Shown: positions 1 to 9,240, numbered from the stretch's first letter. The stretch: 32,000 bases of DNA from Candidatus Babelota bacterium (GCA_039809905.1 JBDHVY010000001.1:630001-662000); one strand, 5' to 3'. A program made the numbers and translations. The notes: generated by a model from the letters alone, not told the origin.

Positions 1-100
1 TTTCCTTAGTGGATTTAATTTGATTAATACTGAATTTAATAGAAAATATATCATTTTTTAATAATATTGCACATGTATACAAAAAGGGTTTTGATGCATT

Positions 101-850
101 ATGAAAATAAAAAAATATAAAATAGTATTGTTGCTAATGTCTTATGTTATATGCCATACGCAAAAATTATGCTGTATGACTCTTTCAGATCGTTTACATG
201 GCAAGCGAAATGTTATAGCTGTTCAAGAATCTTTTCTGTGTTCTGGTAAGCATGGAGCATTTGCGGTTATTCCATTAGACCTACAGGGAAAAATTGTTAA
301 AAATATATTAACTCTTTTGGTTTATCAAGGTAATAATTTTGAAAGATATATTGATAGAGAAGAACTGGATAAATGTATTTTAACACAAAATCCAATTGTG
401 TTGGGCCATAAGAATATTCAGGACTTTTGTTCTGTGGTAAATCAATGTACCAATCAAAAAATCCACAAATGCTCATTGCATGATATGTATCTTTTGCCAT
501 TTTCTCAAAGAAATATAATTACCAATATTGGTTCGTTATCTTTTTGTTCTTTTCCTAAAGAATTATTTGAAGATGAATATGATGCAATAAAAAATATGCC
601 ATTGGAGAAAGGTCTTACCATAAATGTTGTTCCTCGATCTCGATTGGTATATTTATTGAATAAAATTGAGATAGTCAGTTGTATATGTGCTGGTGGAGGA
701 TTTGTTGGTGTTTGTTACTTGAGATTAATGGATCCTCTTTCGATGCTTTTTCTCATTCCAGCAAAAATTTGTTTTGCGGGAACTGGATGTGCTTTTTTGG
801 CAGAGGGATTAAAAAACTGTTTTATAGATGTTAAAAAGGTTCATTTATAG
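101..850 (+). CDS. Hypothetical exported/membrane protein (signal-peptide-like N terminus, C-terminal hydrophobic hairpin)
   Basis: Uninterrupted ORF; N-terminal hydrophobic stretch YKIVLLLMSYVIC; C-terminal Gly/Ala-rich hydrophobic segments IVSCICAGGGFVGVCYLRL and FLIPAKICFAGTGCAFL. Architecture resembles the next ORF. Confidence 0.65.
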   Translation: MKIKKYKIVLLLMSYVICHTQKLCCMTLSDRLHGKRNVIAVQESFLCSGKHGAFAVIPLDLQGKIVKNILTLLVYQGNNFERYIDREELDKCILTQNPIVLGHKNIQDFCSVVNQCTNQKIHKCSLHDMYLLPFSQRNIITNIGSLSFCSFPKELFEDEYDAIKNMPLEKGLTINVVPRSRLVYLLNKIEIVSCICAGGGFVGVCYLRLMDPLSMLFLIPAKICFAGTGCAFLAEGLKNCFIDVKKVHL

Positions 851-919
851 AATGAGTTTTCCAGAAGAAGTTTTATTAGGTGCTAGAAATAAAAAATGTA
901 TTTTTAAAAGAAGTAAAAT

Positions 920-1654
920 ATGAAATATAAAATGAGTACACAGCTATTTTGTTTATTGAGCACTATTATTTTTTTTAGCTTGCATGCAGCTGATAATCAA
1001 ATATTGCCACTGCTTGCTTATCAAAACAGTAATTCGTATCAATCGTTATTACCTTTTAAAAAAAATACAAAAACTAAGATAGTTACTGCAGAATCTCAAT
1101 CTTTGTGTTTTCCTAAAGAAATACAGCAAAAAATCATGAAATTAAAGCTATTGTTGTGTTGGAAGGATGAGATTAATTTTTTAGAAAGCATTTCTCCTGT
1201 AAAAATAGGAGATGCGGAATTATGGGCAATTGACTTATGGAGACTTTCGTGCCAAGAGAGAGAGTGTGCATTAAGTTATCGTGACAAGATCACTTTTAAT
1301 CTGGAAGAATGTGATATGTTAAAAAAGATTATTCCTAAAGAAATGCAAACTGGTCTGGTGATACACAGATTTGCCAATAATGATGAATTATATCTGGACT
1401 GTTGCGATATTCCTGGTGGATGCGTGCTATTGCGTTGTATGGTTCCTCCAGCATTCGGAGCAGTGGTAATTGGATTGGGAGGTTTGATAGCTTGGGGAGT
1501 GGCTTCTCATCCAGGAACAGCTTTGAACCAAACACTTACAATTTTAGGAGGTATTGGCTTAGGAATAACAGTTGCTGGTTGGGGAGTAGAATATTGGAGA
1601 TATCGTTGGATGTTGGAACACAATACAGTAGCGACATCATTACAAGATGTTTGA
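920..1654 (+). CDS. Hypothetical exported/membrane protein, probable diverged paralog of the 101-850 ORF
   Basis: ORF with N-terminal signal-like MSTQLFCLLSTIIFFSLHAAD and C-terminal two-helix hydrophobic region. Purine-rich aaaagaagt upstream of the start. Confidence 0.7.
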   Translation: MKYKMSTQLFCLLSTIIFFSLHAADNQILPLLAYQNSNSYQSLLPFKKNTKTKIVTAESQSLCFPKEIQQKIMKLKLLLCWKDEINFLESISPVKIGDAELWAIDLWRLSCQERECALSYRDKITFNLEECDMLKKIIPKEMQTGLVIHRFANNDELYLDCCDIPGGCVLLRCMVPPAFGAVVIGLGGLIAWGVASHPGTALNQTLTILGGIGLGITVAGWGVEYWRYRWMLEHNTVATSLQDV

Positions 1655-1658
1655 TATA

Positions 1659-2933
1659 TTAATGTAACCAACCGTCTTTTCTTTTTTTTCTGTGAAAACT
1701 AATAGCAAAATGATGTGCATAATCGCGTAAAGCTATAAATAATTTTCCTACGGGCGTTTTTACATCAAGGCGAATTCCTTGACTGAATTGTGGTCCGTAT
1801 AAAGTTTCTTCTCGTTTTGCCAAACTCACCAATGGTGCATTGGGTAAAACATGTTGTGCTGCACTCAACTGTCCCTTGCCTCCATCGATAACAATTAAAT
1901 CGGGAATATCGGCTTTATTTTTGTAGCGACGCGCTATAATTTCTTGCAGTGCAGCGTAATCATTTTGCTCTGTTAATGTTTTAATTTTAAAGTGGCGGAA
2001 CATATGTTTTTCTGGTTTGCCATCAGTAAAACGCACGCAAGAACCTACTAAATAACTGCTTTGAAAATGTGAAATGTCAAAACAGTCAACGGTGCGTACA
2101 GGAGTTTTAAATCCTAAAAAATTTTGTAATTCAGTATTAATAGAATCATCTGATGTTGATGCATAAGGTGTTGGGGTGCTTACAACAAAAATATCGGTAG
2201 CAAATTTTTCTGTGCTAAAATGAGTATTAAGTACGGCAAAAATAGCATCAACATTTTGTAAATAATCATTTAATCGTTGTGCTTTTTCAAACTCAAATGC
2301 TGAAATATATTTTTGCATTTGTTCTTTTATTTGTTCAATAAAACCTTTTTGATTATTTTTTAATGCTTGCTGTGCAAGTGAGATTCGAAACGTGTAATCA
2401 GCTGTATCAAAATGTGGTTTGCAATTACCTGCGCAATTGCCGATATGGTAATCAAGGCAGCCATTTTCAAGCTTTTTGTTACATAAATTAAGGTGGAAAG
2501 TTCGCTTTAAAAAATGGTAGGTTTTGCGAGTAGGAGCTTTTTCTATGAAAGGGCCAAAATAAATACCTTTTTTCTTTTTGTTTCGCACAAGTTCAATAGC
2601 AGGGATTTCCTGAGAAGTAAAAAGGATATACAAAAATGGTTGACCATCTTTAAGAAGTACATTAAATCGTGGCTTATATTTTTGTACTAATTCAGCCTCT
2701 AAAAGCAGACTTTCAGTTTCAGTGGGGGTTAAAATATAGTCTATATCGGCATATTCATTAATGAGCTGGTTTATTTTCCAATCTGTATGGCATTTTTGGA
2801 AATAGGAACTTACTCTGTGATGAAGGTTTTTTGCCTTACCGATATATATAATAGCTCCCTGAGCATCTTTAAAAAGATAGACGCCAGTTAGCTTCGGGAT
2901 TGATTTTTCTAGTTTTTTAGTGGTTAGCTTCAT
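1659..2933 (-). CDS. uvrC: UvrC excinuclease subunit C, short form (GIY-YIG, UVR and endonuclease core; no C-terminal HhH)
   Basis: GIY-YIG region TGVYLFKDAQGAIIYIGKAKNLHHRVSSYFQ; UVR-like IEQMQKYISAFEFEKAQRLNDYL; RNase H-like core VDCFDISHFQSSYLVGSCVRF, NDYAALQEIIARRY, PDLIVIDGGKGQLSAA, RDYAHHFAISFHRKKR. Confidence 0.93.
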   Translation of the reverse strand: MKLTTKKLEKSIPKLTGVYLFKDAQGAIIYIGKAKNLHHRVSSYFQKCHTDWKINQLINEYADIDYILTPTETESLLLEAELVQKYKPRFNVLLKDGQPFLYILFTSQEIPAIELVRNKKKKGIYFGPFIEKAPTRKTYHFLKRTFHLNLCNKKLENGCLDYHIGNCAGNCKPHFDTADYTFRISLAQQALKNNQKGFIEQIKEQMQKYISAFEFEKAQRLNDYLQNVDAIFAVLNTHFSTEKFATDIFVVSTPTPYASTSDDSINTELQNFLGFKTPVRTVDCFDISHFQSSYLVGSCVRFTDGKPEKHMFRHFKIKTLTEQNDYAALQEIIARRYKNKADIPDLIVIDGGKGQLSAAQHVLPNAPLVSLAKREETLYGPQFSQGIRLDVKTPVGKLFIALRDYAHHFAISFHRKKRKDGWLH

Positions 2934-2981
2934 ACTTTAAGTATAGCATTGAATTATAAAAATACTAATTGAAAAACATCC

Positions 2982-3015
2982 AAATGAGCTTTAATTTACA
3001 TCATAGAGCTCATTT
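2982..3015. terminator. Stem-loop between uvrC start and the 3045-3557 gene end
   Basis: Perfect 9-bp inverted repeat aaatgagct (2982-2990) / agctcattt (3007-3015) just downstream of the minus-strand ORF stop. Confidence 0.45.
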
Positions 3016-3044
3016 TATATTTTATTGAAGACAAAGCTTATTGA

Positions 3045-3557
3045 TTAAAACCTAATAGAAGAGCCTCCATCTGCTCTAATAAACGTGCTACCGTCTGATA
3101 CAGTATAGCTTGGACGATTATTGCCAGTACTTGAAGATTCTTGTAGGTTCTTTATAGCGCTGGTAAGGCTTATTTGTTCGGATTTTAAATTATCCGATAG
3201 CCTTATCTCTTTTGCTACTACAAAACCTGTAATTACTATGCAGGTTAATGCATACATGACGATTGCACCATCAGGATTATAGTATGGTTGCTTATTTTCA
3301 GATGCAATGCTAAAAGTCATTCCGCCTATTGCGCCGCATATTGTTGATAGAGCAACCCCCGTTATAAATTTTCTTTCAGTCGAATAGAGATTTTCACCCC
3401 TTTCTGCCAAATATTTACCTTGTCTTTCAAACAATTCTAATTGTTTTGCGGTTATTTTGGGGTCGATATAATGCTGTTTTTTTTCTGTGTCAGGAGTTTC
3501 ACAAAAACTATTATTTGAGATAATACAAAGAAGAATAATTATAATTTTTTTTAACAT
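3045..3557 (-). CDS. Hypothetical small exported/membrane protein with Ser/Gly-rich tail
   Basis: Signal-like MLKKIIIILLCIISNNSFC; two internal hydrophobic segments; tail SSTGNNRPSYTVSDGSTFIRADGGSSIRF. Confidence 0.65.
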   Translation of the reverse strand: MLKKIIIILLCIISNNSFCETPDTEKKQHYIDPKITAKQLELFERQGKYLAERGENLYSTERKFITGVALSTICGAIGGMTFSIASENKQPYYNPDGAIVMYALTCIVITGFVVAKEIRLSDNLKSEQISLTSAIKNLQESSSTGNNRPSYTVSDGSTFIRADGGSSIRF

Positions 3558-3747
3558 GAAAATACTCCGTATAATTGATAAAAAAGCTTAATGTAGGGAA
3601 GTTTTAGTTAATTATACAGCAAAGTGTTGCTTACTCAATACGAAATAAAATTAATAGAATTAGTTTTTTTACGTTCAGCCTAAAACGAATTATACTAGAG
3701 TATTCATAATGAAAGATCGGTTATTTTTTGATTATAAAGGTATTGAT

Positions 3748-4935
3748 ATGAATCTTTTCAGGCATATTCCCAAAATCGTTGTGTTGTTAATTCTATCGTG
3801 GATTGGTTGGCAAACTTACATTTATTTTTTAGATACAACAACTGCATTGATGATGGTGCAAGGGATTAATGAAAATTGTTTTTATTCAGGAGATGTGCAT
3901 TGTTGTTTGAAAGCAGATAAAACGGGAGATGTTTCTTTATGGCTTGATGGACAACCTTTGATTAATAACGTCAGAATTAAGGCCCATCATGAAGGTCATT
4001 CCTTTATTGTACCAACAAAAACATTAAGTAATGGAAAGCATGTATTAAAAGCAGAATTTACTGATAATACATTTAACCGTAATAAAGTTGAGCGATGCTG
4101 TGATTTTTATGTAGATAATATGCCTTTGCAAGCAGTTTTTATCAAAACAGGGACACCATATAAAGTTTTCCAGGGTAGAACATTACATCTTCAGTTTCAA
4201 ACCAACAAAGAAATAAAACATGCCTACATTAATACATTATCACGTACATTTGAATGTTACCCAGAAGCTAAAGGTTCAAAAATATATGAATGCTTTATTC
4301 CAATCGAATGCGAAGAACAGCCAAATGAATATCTTTTCTCTGTTGATATAGAAGATAAAGTCGGTAATGCACTGCATCTTGATAACAAATTCCAAATTGT
4401 TGTGTTTCCCTTTAAAAAAGAAGTGATTACCGTTGCTGCTGATAAAGTGCAAGAAGAAAAAGCATTAGGACGAGATGGTAAATCTTTGGAAGATGAAATT
4501 GCTCGCCTTTCGCTCGAATCACCGCGAGAAAAATTATGGCGAGGGACTTTCTGTGCACCTATAGAAATTCAACGTATTACCTGCGATTTTGGTACTATTC
4601 GTACAACGCAACACAAAGGGCGCTATGCGCATAAGGCGGTTGATGTAATTAATATGCCTCGCTCTGTTGTATGGGCACCACAAGATGGTATTGTTGTTAT
4701 GAAAGATAGATTTGCTCCGAGTGGTAATACGGTAATTATTGATCATGGCCTTGGTATTTTGTCACTCTTTTATCACTTAGATGATTTTGCGGATATTGAA
4801 GTAGGGCAAAGGATTGCACAAGGAAATCCTGTAGGTACTCTCGGAAAAACTGGTTTTGCTACTGGATATCATTTGCATTGGGAACAGCGTATTAATAATA
4901 CTCCTGTTGATCCCTTGCAGTGGATTAAGATGTGA
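3748..4935 (+). CDS. Membrane-anchored M23 (LytM/peptidase_M23) family metallopeptidase
   Basis: C-terminal HKAVDV ... GNTVIIDHGLGILSLFYHLDDF...VGTLGKTGFATGYHLHWEQ with HxxxD and HxH motifs; N-terminal TM IPKIVVLLILSWIGWQTYIYF. The track ORF starts at 3709, but the ATG at 3748 is preceded by AAAGG at good spacing. Confidence 0.88.
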   Translation: MNLFRHIPKIVVLLILSWIGWQTYIYFLDTTTALMMVQGINENCFYSGDVHCCLKADKTGDVSLWLDGQPLINNVRIKAHHEGHSFIVPTKTLSNGKHVLKAEFTDNTFNRNKVERCCDFYVDNMPLQAVFIKTGTPYKVFQGRTLHLQFQTNKEIKHAYINTLSRTFECYPEAKGSKIYECFIPIECEEQPNEYLFSVDIEDKVGNALHLDNKFQIVVFPFKKEVITVAADKVQEEKALGRDGKSLEDEIARLSLESPREKLWRGTFCAPIEIQRITCDFGTIRTTQHKGRYAHKAVDVINMPRSVVWAPQDGIVVMKDRFAPSGNTVIIDHGLGILSLFYHLDDFADIEVGQRIAQGNPVGTLGKTGFATGYHLHWEQRINNTPVDPLQWIKM

Positions 4936-4985
4936 GATAAATTTTTATTGAAGAGTTGCGCGAATGGGTAAAAAGAAGGAAGAGA

Positions 4986-5573
4986 ATGTATTTTATACCA
5001 CGTAACAATGCAATCTACAGTTACATTGCGCATACAAATGCTAAGCGTCGCTATTGTGCGACGCTTTTTGTTTTATTAGCATTAATAATAATTTCTTTTT
5101 ATGGAATATACATACCATTAAATTCTCATATTCTTTTGTATAAGGCAGAAATTGCTCGTTTGCAAACACAATATCAAGAAATGAGTCAACTTAAAAAACA
5201 GAGTGATGAAGTATCATCGCTAATTGCAACAAGTAAGAAAAATATTAATGATGCTGCAATAGAAACGGATAAGAAAGAAGATTATTGTAACAAACACATG
5301 CTGTATATATTAGATGCTATACAACAAAAAGGTCTTATACTTGATACGTATGGATCATGTAAAGAAATGGATAAACAATGGTTTTCAAGATATAGTGCGC
5401 ATTTTGAAATAACGGGATCATATGAAAAAATAATTTCTTTTTTTAAGACGATTCAAGATTCAAAAAAAATGATTGATTTTTCATCTACAGCAATTTCTCG
5501 TTTGAATGATGATGCTTTTAAACTGAGCTGTGATGTAGGGATTGTTGCAGTGAAAAAAAGTTTGCTTCTTTAA
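4986..5573 (+). CDS. PilO-like type IV pilus assembly / coiled-coil inner-membrane protein
   Basis: One TM helix (YCATLFVLLALIIISFYGIYI), then coiled coil (AEIARLQTQYQEMSQLKKQSDEV), then a PilO-like ending GSYEKIISFFKTIQDSKKMIDFSSTAISRLN. Start moved from TTG 4956 to ATG 4986, preceded by AAGGAAG. Confidence 0.6.
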   Translation: MYFIPRNNAIYSYIAHTNAKRRYCATLFVLLALIIISFYGIYIPLNSHILLYKAEIARLQTQYQEMSQLKKQSDEVSSLIATSKKNINDAAIETDKKEDYCNKHMLYILDAIQQKGLILDTYGSCKEMDKQWFSRYSAHFEITGSYEKIISFFKTIQDSKKMIDFSSTAISRLNDDAFKLSCDVGIVAVKKSLLL

Positions 5574-5592
5574 ATCGTAATGAGTGTAAATT

Positions 5593-5698
5593 GGGCTTAT
5601 AAAAAATAAGCCCTTCAACTTTGAATAAGCTGAAGGGTTAGGGGGGTGAACAATACATAAAAGCATTGTTCAGTTAGGGACGTTTTTAATGCTTTTAT
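5593..5698. other. Cluster of overlapping inverted repeats (structured intergenic region; terminator and/or ncRNA/attenuator)
   Basis: gggctta 5593-5599/taagccc 5607-5613; cccttca 5611-5617/tgaaggg 5631-5637; tgaacaat 5647-5654/attgttca 5665-5672; ataaaagcatt 5657-5667/aatgcttttat 5688-5698. Confidence 0.55.
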
Positions 5699-5803
5699 TA
5701 AATGTTCGCCTAATGCTAACAAGCGCCTATTGCTTTGTCAAGGTCAGCATAATAGGATGTATGCTGAGTAAGAAAATAGAATTATTTTTATAAAAGAAAA
5801 AAG

Positions 5804-6145
5804 ATGAATATCATTCATGATAAAATCACTTTTGATGAACTGAAAAAAATGTCGGAAAAAAATAATTATAATTTGGTTAAAGCTGTAGTTGATACTGAAA
5901 ATAATATTATGGCAATAAATTGTAATATGCATAGTGAAGGGCAAGAATTGCTGATCCAAAATGGATCGCTGCGAGAAAATCTTTGGGGAGTTAATTTGTA
6001 TCCATATAAACCAACTGAAGATTTCATTGAATATTATTCTAAAATCAATGTAAAGCCATTACATGGCAATCAAAGCTGCTGGGTTGAGGATAAGCAAGTT
6101 CAGGACAAAATAAAAAGAATAGTTATTGCATTAGTAGTAAAATAA
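5804..6145 (+). CDS. DUF5674 family protein
   Basis: Family-like pattern: ITFDELKKM...VKAVVDTENNIMAI...MHSEGQELLIQNGS...NLWGVNLYP...DFIEYYSKINVKPLHGNQSCWVED...I..IV..LV. Confidence 0.75.
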   Translation: MNIIHDKITFDELKKMSEKNNYNLVKAVVDTENNIMAINCNMHSEGQELLIQNGSLRENLWGVNLYPYKPTEDFIEYYSKINVKPLHGNQSCWVEDKQVQDKIKRIVIALVVK

Positions 6146-6162
6146 ATACATTTTTTAGTTAT

Positions 6163-6879
6163 TTATTCATGTCCCGCTATAAATTTTGTAATTTTAGGAT
6201 AATTATGAGAATTATTTTTTAAGTCTTGCGATTGTGCGGTTTCAACAATGCTGCCTTCTCTCATTAAATAAATCGTGCAGTTAAGTTTTGAAATCAAATC
6301 AGTGTCATGAGTTGCAACTAAAACAATATATCCATCAGTTGCAAGTTGTTGAATGTTATTTGCAACATATGAAGTAAGCACTGGATCTAATGCTGAAGTT
6401 GGCTCATCAAGGCAAATTATTTGTGGTTCCATGGCGATCGCACGTGCAATTGCAAGGCGCTGCTTTTGCCCACCGGAAAGTTGAGACGCGTATTTATTAT
6501 TTTTATCTAATAATCCATAACGATGTAATAAATGATGTGCTATTTTTGTTGCATCAACAGGATTTTTTTTAAGAACTTTTTCTAAAGGTAGCGTAATATT
6601 TTGCTCTACTGTCAGATGATCAAATAAATTAAAATGTTGAAACACCATGCCAACAGTATGTGTTGTATTAATATACGCGAGATTTAGTGTTGTATTATCT
6701 AATGATATAGTTCCGCTGTTGACTGTTTCTAAATTATTTAAAATACGTAGTAAGGTAGATTTGCCAACTCCAGAAGATCCTAAAAATACGGCAATTTCAC
6801 CTTTTTTTACGGTGAGATTGATATTGTTCAGAATTTTTTTTGAACCGAATGATTTAGTAAGTTGATTAATCTTGAGCAT
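6163..6879 (-). CDS. Polar amino-acid ABC transporter ATP-binding protein (GlnQ/ArtP family)
   Basis: Walker A GSSGVGKST, signature LSGGQKQRLAIARA, Walker B IICLDEPTSALDP, D-loop and H-loop THDTD. Confidence 0.95.
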   Translation of the reverse strand: MLKINQLTKSFGSKKILNNINLTVKKGEIAVFLGSSGVGKSTLLRILNNLETVNSGTISLDNTTLNLAYINTTHTVGMVFQHFNLFDHLTVEQNITLPLEKVLKKNPVDATKIAHHLLHRYGLLDKNNKYASQLSGGQKQRLAIARAIAMEPQIICLDEPTSALDPVLTSYVANNIQQLATDGYIVLVATHDTDLISKLNCTIYLMREGSIVETAQSQDLKNNSHNYPKITKFIAGHE

Positions 6880-7540
6880 GAATGTGCATCCTTTTCTCTA
6901 GACGTGCAACAAGGAACGAAACAGTAGATGTTAGCATAAGATATAAAAGTGCTACTGCAAAATAGACAGTAATAGCATCAAATGTTTTGCTTTTTACAAA
7001 ATTGGCTTGTTTGGTCAGTTCTGCAACACCAATGAGTGATGCAAGAGCAGAATCTTTAATGAGTGTTACAAACTCATTACCCAATGCTGGCAATGTTGTG
7101 CGCAATGCTTGTGGTAGCACAATATATGCAATAGTATCTTGTGTTGAAAAACCAAGTACTTTTGCGGCTTCAATTTGGCCGATTCCAACGGCAGCTATTC
7201 CTGTTCGCAGGACCTGACTAATATATGCAGCGCTATTTAGTCCTATGGCGATAATTGCTGTCCACAATGCAGGAATATGTATTCCTATCTGAGGAAGCAA
7301 AAAGTAAGCGCATAAAATTTGTATAAGCATTGGCGTGCCGCGAATAATAATTACATATGTGCTTACGATTGCGCGTAATATTTTATGATGACTTGTTTGC
7401 ATGAGAGCAAAAATAGTTCCTAAAATTAAACCAATGCATGATGCAGCACCAGCAATTTGTAATGTAACAACCAATCCTTGTAATAGTAATGGAAAGTATT
7501 GTGCTATCAGATCAAAATCTATCATCATAACAAGTTCCAT
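6866..7540 (-). CDS. Polar amino-acid ABC transporter permease (HisM/GlnP family); start may be the internal Met at 7528
   Basis: Multi-TM ORF with EAA-like loop GIGQIEAAKVLGFSTQDTIAYIVLPQALRTTLPALGNEFVTLIKDSALASLIG. Confidence 0.95.
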   Translation of the reverse strand: MELVMMIDFDLIAQYFPLLLQGLVVTLQIAGAASCIGLILGTIFALMQTSHHKILRAIVSTYVIIIRGTPMLIQILCAYFLLPQIGIHIPALWTAIIAIGLNSAAYISQVLRTGIAAVGIGQIEAAKVLGFSTQDTIAYIVLPQALRTTLPALGNEFVTLIKDSALASLIGVAELTKQANFVKSKTFDAITVYFAVALLYLMLTSTVSFLVARLEKRMHIHAQD

Positions 7541-8298
7541 TTAGTTTTTAATGCGTCAAGGGTACCATCTTGTTCCATTTCATTGAGAGTAATTTGAATA
7601 TCTCTGCGCAAATCAGGGTAATGTTTTGATATTGCAAAAGCGCTTGATTCTTCAGTATTGGCAATAGGTGTTACATAAAAATCATTAATATTATATTTTT
7701 TAAAATAAGGCATCATAGAATGCGAAGCTGCTACAAATGCATCAGCTCTATTGCTTTGCAAAGCAAGTATTCCATCGCTGACTAAAGCGGAAGAAAGTCG
7801 TAACAATGTGATGCCAGGTTGTTCAGACATAAATGAATCTGCAATATAACCTTCATTTACTGCAACAGTTTTTCCTTCTAGGTCAGCAAGGGTGGTTAAC
7901 GCATCGCCATTTTTGAGGCTAATAATCACCAGAGGATTGCCAGTTAAATGAGGGCGAGTAAAGAGAGCTCGTTGAGCGCGTTCTTCTGTTGGGGTTATTC
8001 CTCCGGCAATAACCTGAATGTTACCAATTTGAATTTCAGGAATTAATGCGTCAAAAGGCATATCTTTAAGAATGATTGTTTTTTTTAGCCGTCTCAATAC
8101 TTCTTGTATAACATCAATATCAAAACCGGTAAAATCATCACCTTCTTTAAATGAGAATGGTGGAAATTCACTATTGGTGCCAACAACGACAGCGTTTGAT
8201 TCTGTTCTAGGAGTTACCCTGTTTTTAGCCTTGTACAAAATTATGGTTGAAATGGTGACAATGAGGATAACTATGATAGTTAATGACATTTTTTTCAT
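7525..8298 (-). CDS. Amino-acid ABC transporter substrate-binding protein (SBP family 3), N-terminal membrane anchor
   Basis: VVVGTNSEFPPFSFKEGDDFTGFDIDVIQEV...; DALIPEIQIGNIQVIAGGITPTEERAQRALFT; N-terminal TM; same operon as permease and ATPase. Confidence 0.93.
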   Translation of the reverse strand: MKKMSLTIIVILIVTISTIILYKAKNRVTPRTESNAVVVGTNSEFPPFSFKEGDDFTGFDIDVIQEVLRRLKKTIILKDMPFDALIPEIQIGNIQVIAGGITPTEERAQRALFTRPHLTGNPLVIISLKNGDALTTLADLEGKTVAVNEGYIADSFMSEQPGITLLRLSSALVSDGILALQSNRADAFVAASHSMMPYFKKYNINDFYVTPIANTEESSAFAISKHYPDLRRDIQITLNEMEQDGTLDALKTKWNLL

Positions 8299-8629
8299 GA
8301 AAATCTTTCATTCTAATGATCAGTACATACTTAAAATAGTAATTCTTTTTTTGAATGAGGTCAAAAAAGTATAGATCAATATTACGTCTTTTATGAGAAC
8401 TGCTTACATTTCAGCGATACGAGACGCCAATAAAAAGAATAAGAAGTTCTTTTTGGAGCCGAAGTCAGCAAAAAGTATTGTAGGTTATTGTAAAAGCCAT
8501 TTTTTAATTGACTAATTGATATAAAACTTGTTGTGTTATTAAGAAAAAAGCATTGTTTTTGATATTTCGGAAAATTACGATATAGTGTATTAATACAGAT
8601 ATAACAATGCAATTTAAGGATAATATGCG

Positions 8630-9214
8630 ATGAATAAGAAAATTATGATAGTATTCAGTTTAATGATTGTTTCACCAGCGCAGCTATTGTTCTCATATCA
8701 AAGTCGAGATATTCGCAGCGATTTAAAGTTTAAATATGAAAACAATCTACTGAATGAATGTCAGCTATCTGAAGAAGTTTTCGATTTTATTGACGTATTA
8801 GATCGTGATATCAATATTATGGAAGAGCATAAAGCGAATATAGAACGTTTAGTAGATAAGAATAAGGGCTATTTTAGACGAAGTGTTGTTCCTTTCTTAA
8901 AGACAGTGTGGACAACTAAGTTAGCTACTCTTTCAGTAGCAATGGCTTTTGTTGCTTCAATGCCTTCTGAAATGATTAATCAAATAGAAGTTGCATCAAC
9001 GAAAGCATTATTGACTGATCTGCAACCTATTGCGCCTTATTTATCAGGAGCTTTAGCTCTTTGGTTTCTTAAGAATTTTTGTTCCAGGTACGGATATTAT
9101 GGCAAGCTTGATGCAGATCTTATGAGGTTGAAAACAAAAATTAATCGCGACAAGCTGATTATTGCAAAACTTAAAGAGCTCAAATATAATTTTGTATCTC
9201 AAAATGGTATTTAA
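8630..9214 (+). CDS. Hypothetical exported protein with central hydrophobic segments
   Basis: Start preceded by TTAAGGATAATATGCG; signal-like IMIVFSLMIVSPAQLLFSYQS; central hydrophobic stretches. Confidence 0.7.
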   Translation: MNKKIMIVFSLMIVSPAQLLFSYQSRDIRSDLKFKYENNLLNECQLSEEVFDFIDVLDRDINIMEEHKANIERLVDKNKGYFRRSVVPFLKTVWTTKLATLSVAMAFVASMPSEMINQIEVASTKALLTDLQPIAPYLSGALALWFLKNFCSRYGYYGKLDADLMRLKTKINRDKLIIAKLKELKYNFVSQNGI

Positions 9215-9240
9215 AAATAATCTATAAGTGAGGATTCTTT

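Noticed and set aside
5744-5959. 71-aa minus ORF overlapping the DUF5674 gene start
   Set aside because: Ile/Phe-rich translation of AT-rich DNA antisense to a recognisable gene.
8391-8612. 73-aa minus-strand ORF in the ABC/8630 spacer
   Set aside because: Low-complexity, unusual composition, no SD or motif; the opposite-strand 40-aa ORF is slightly more protein-like.
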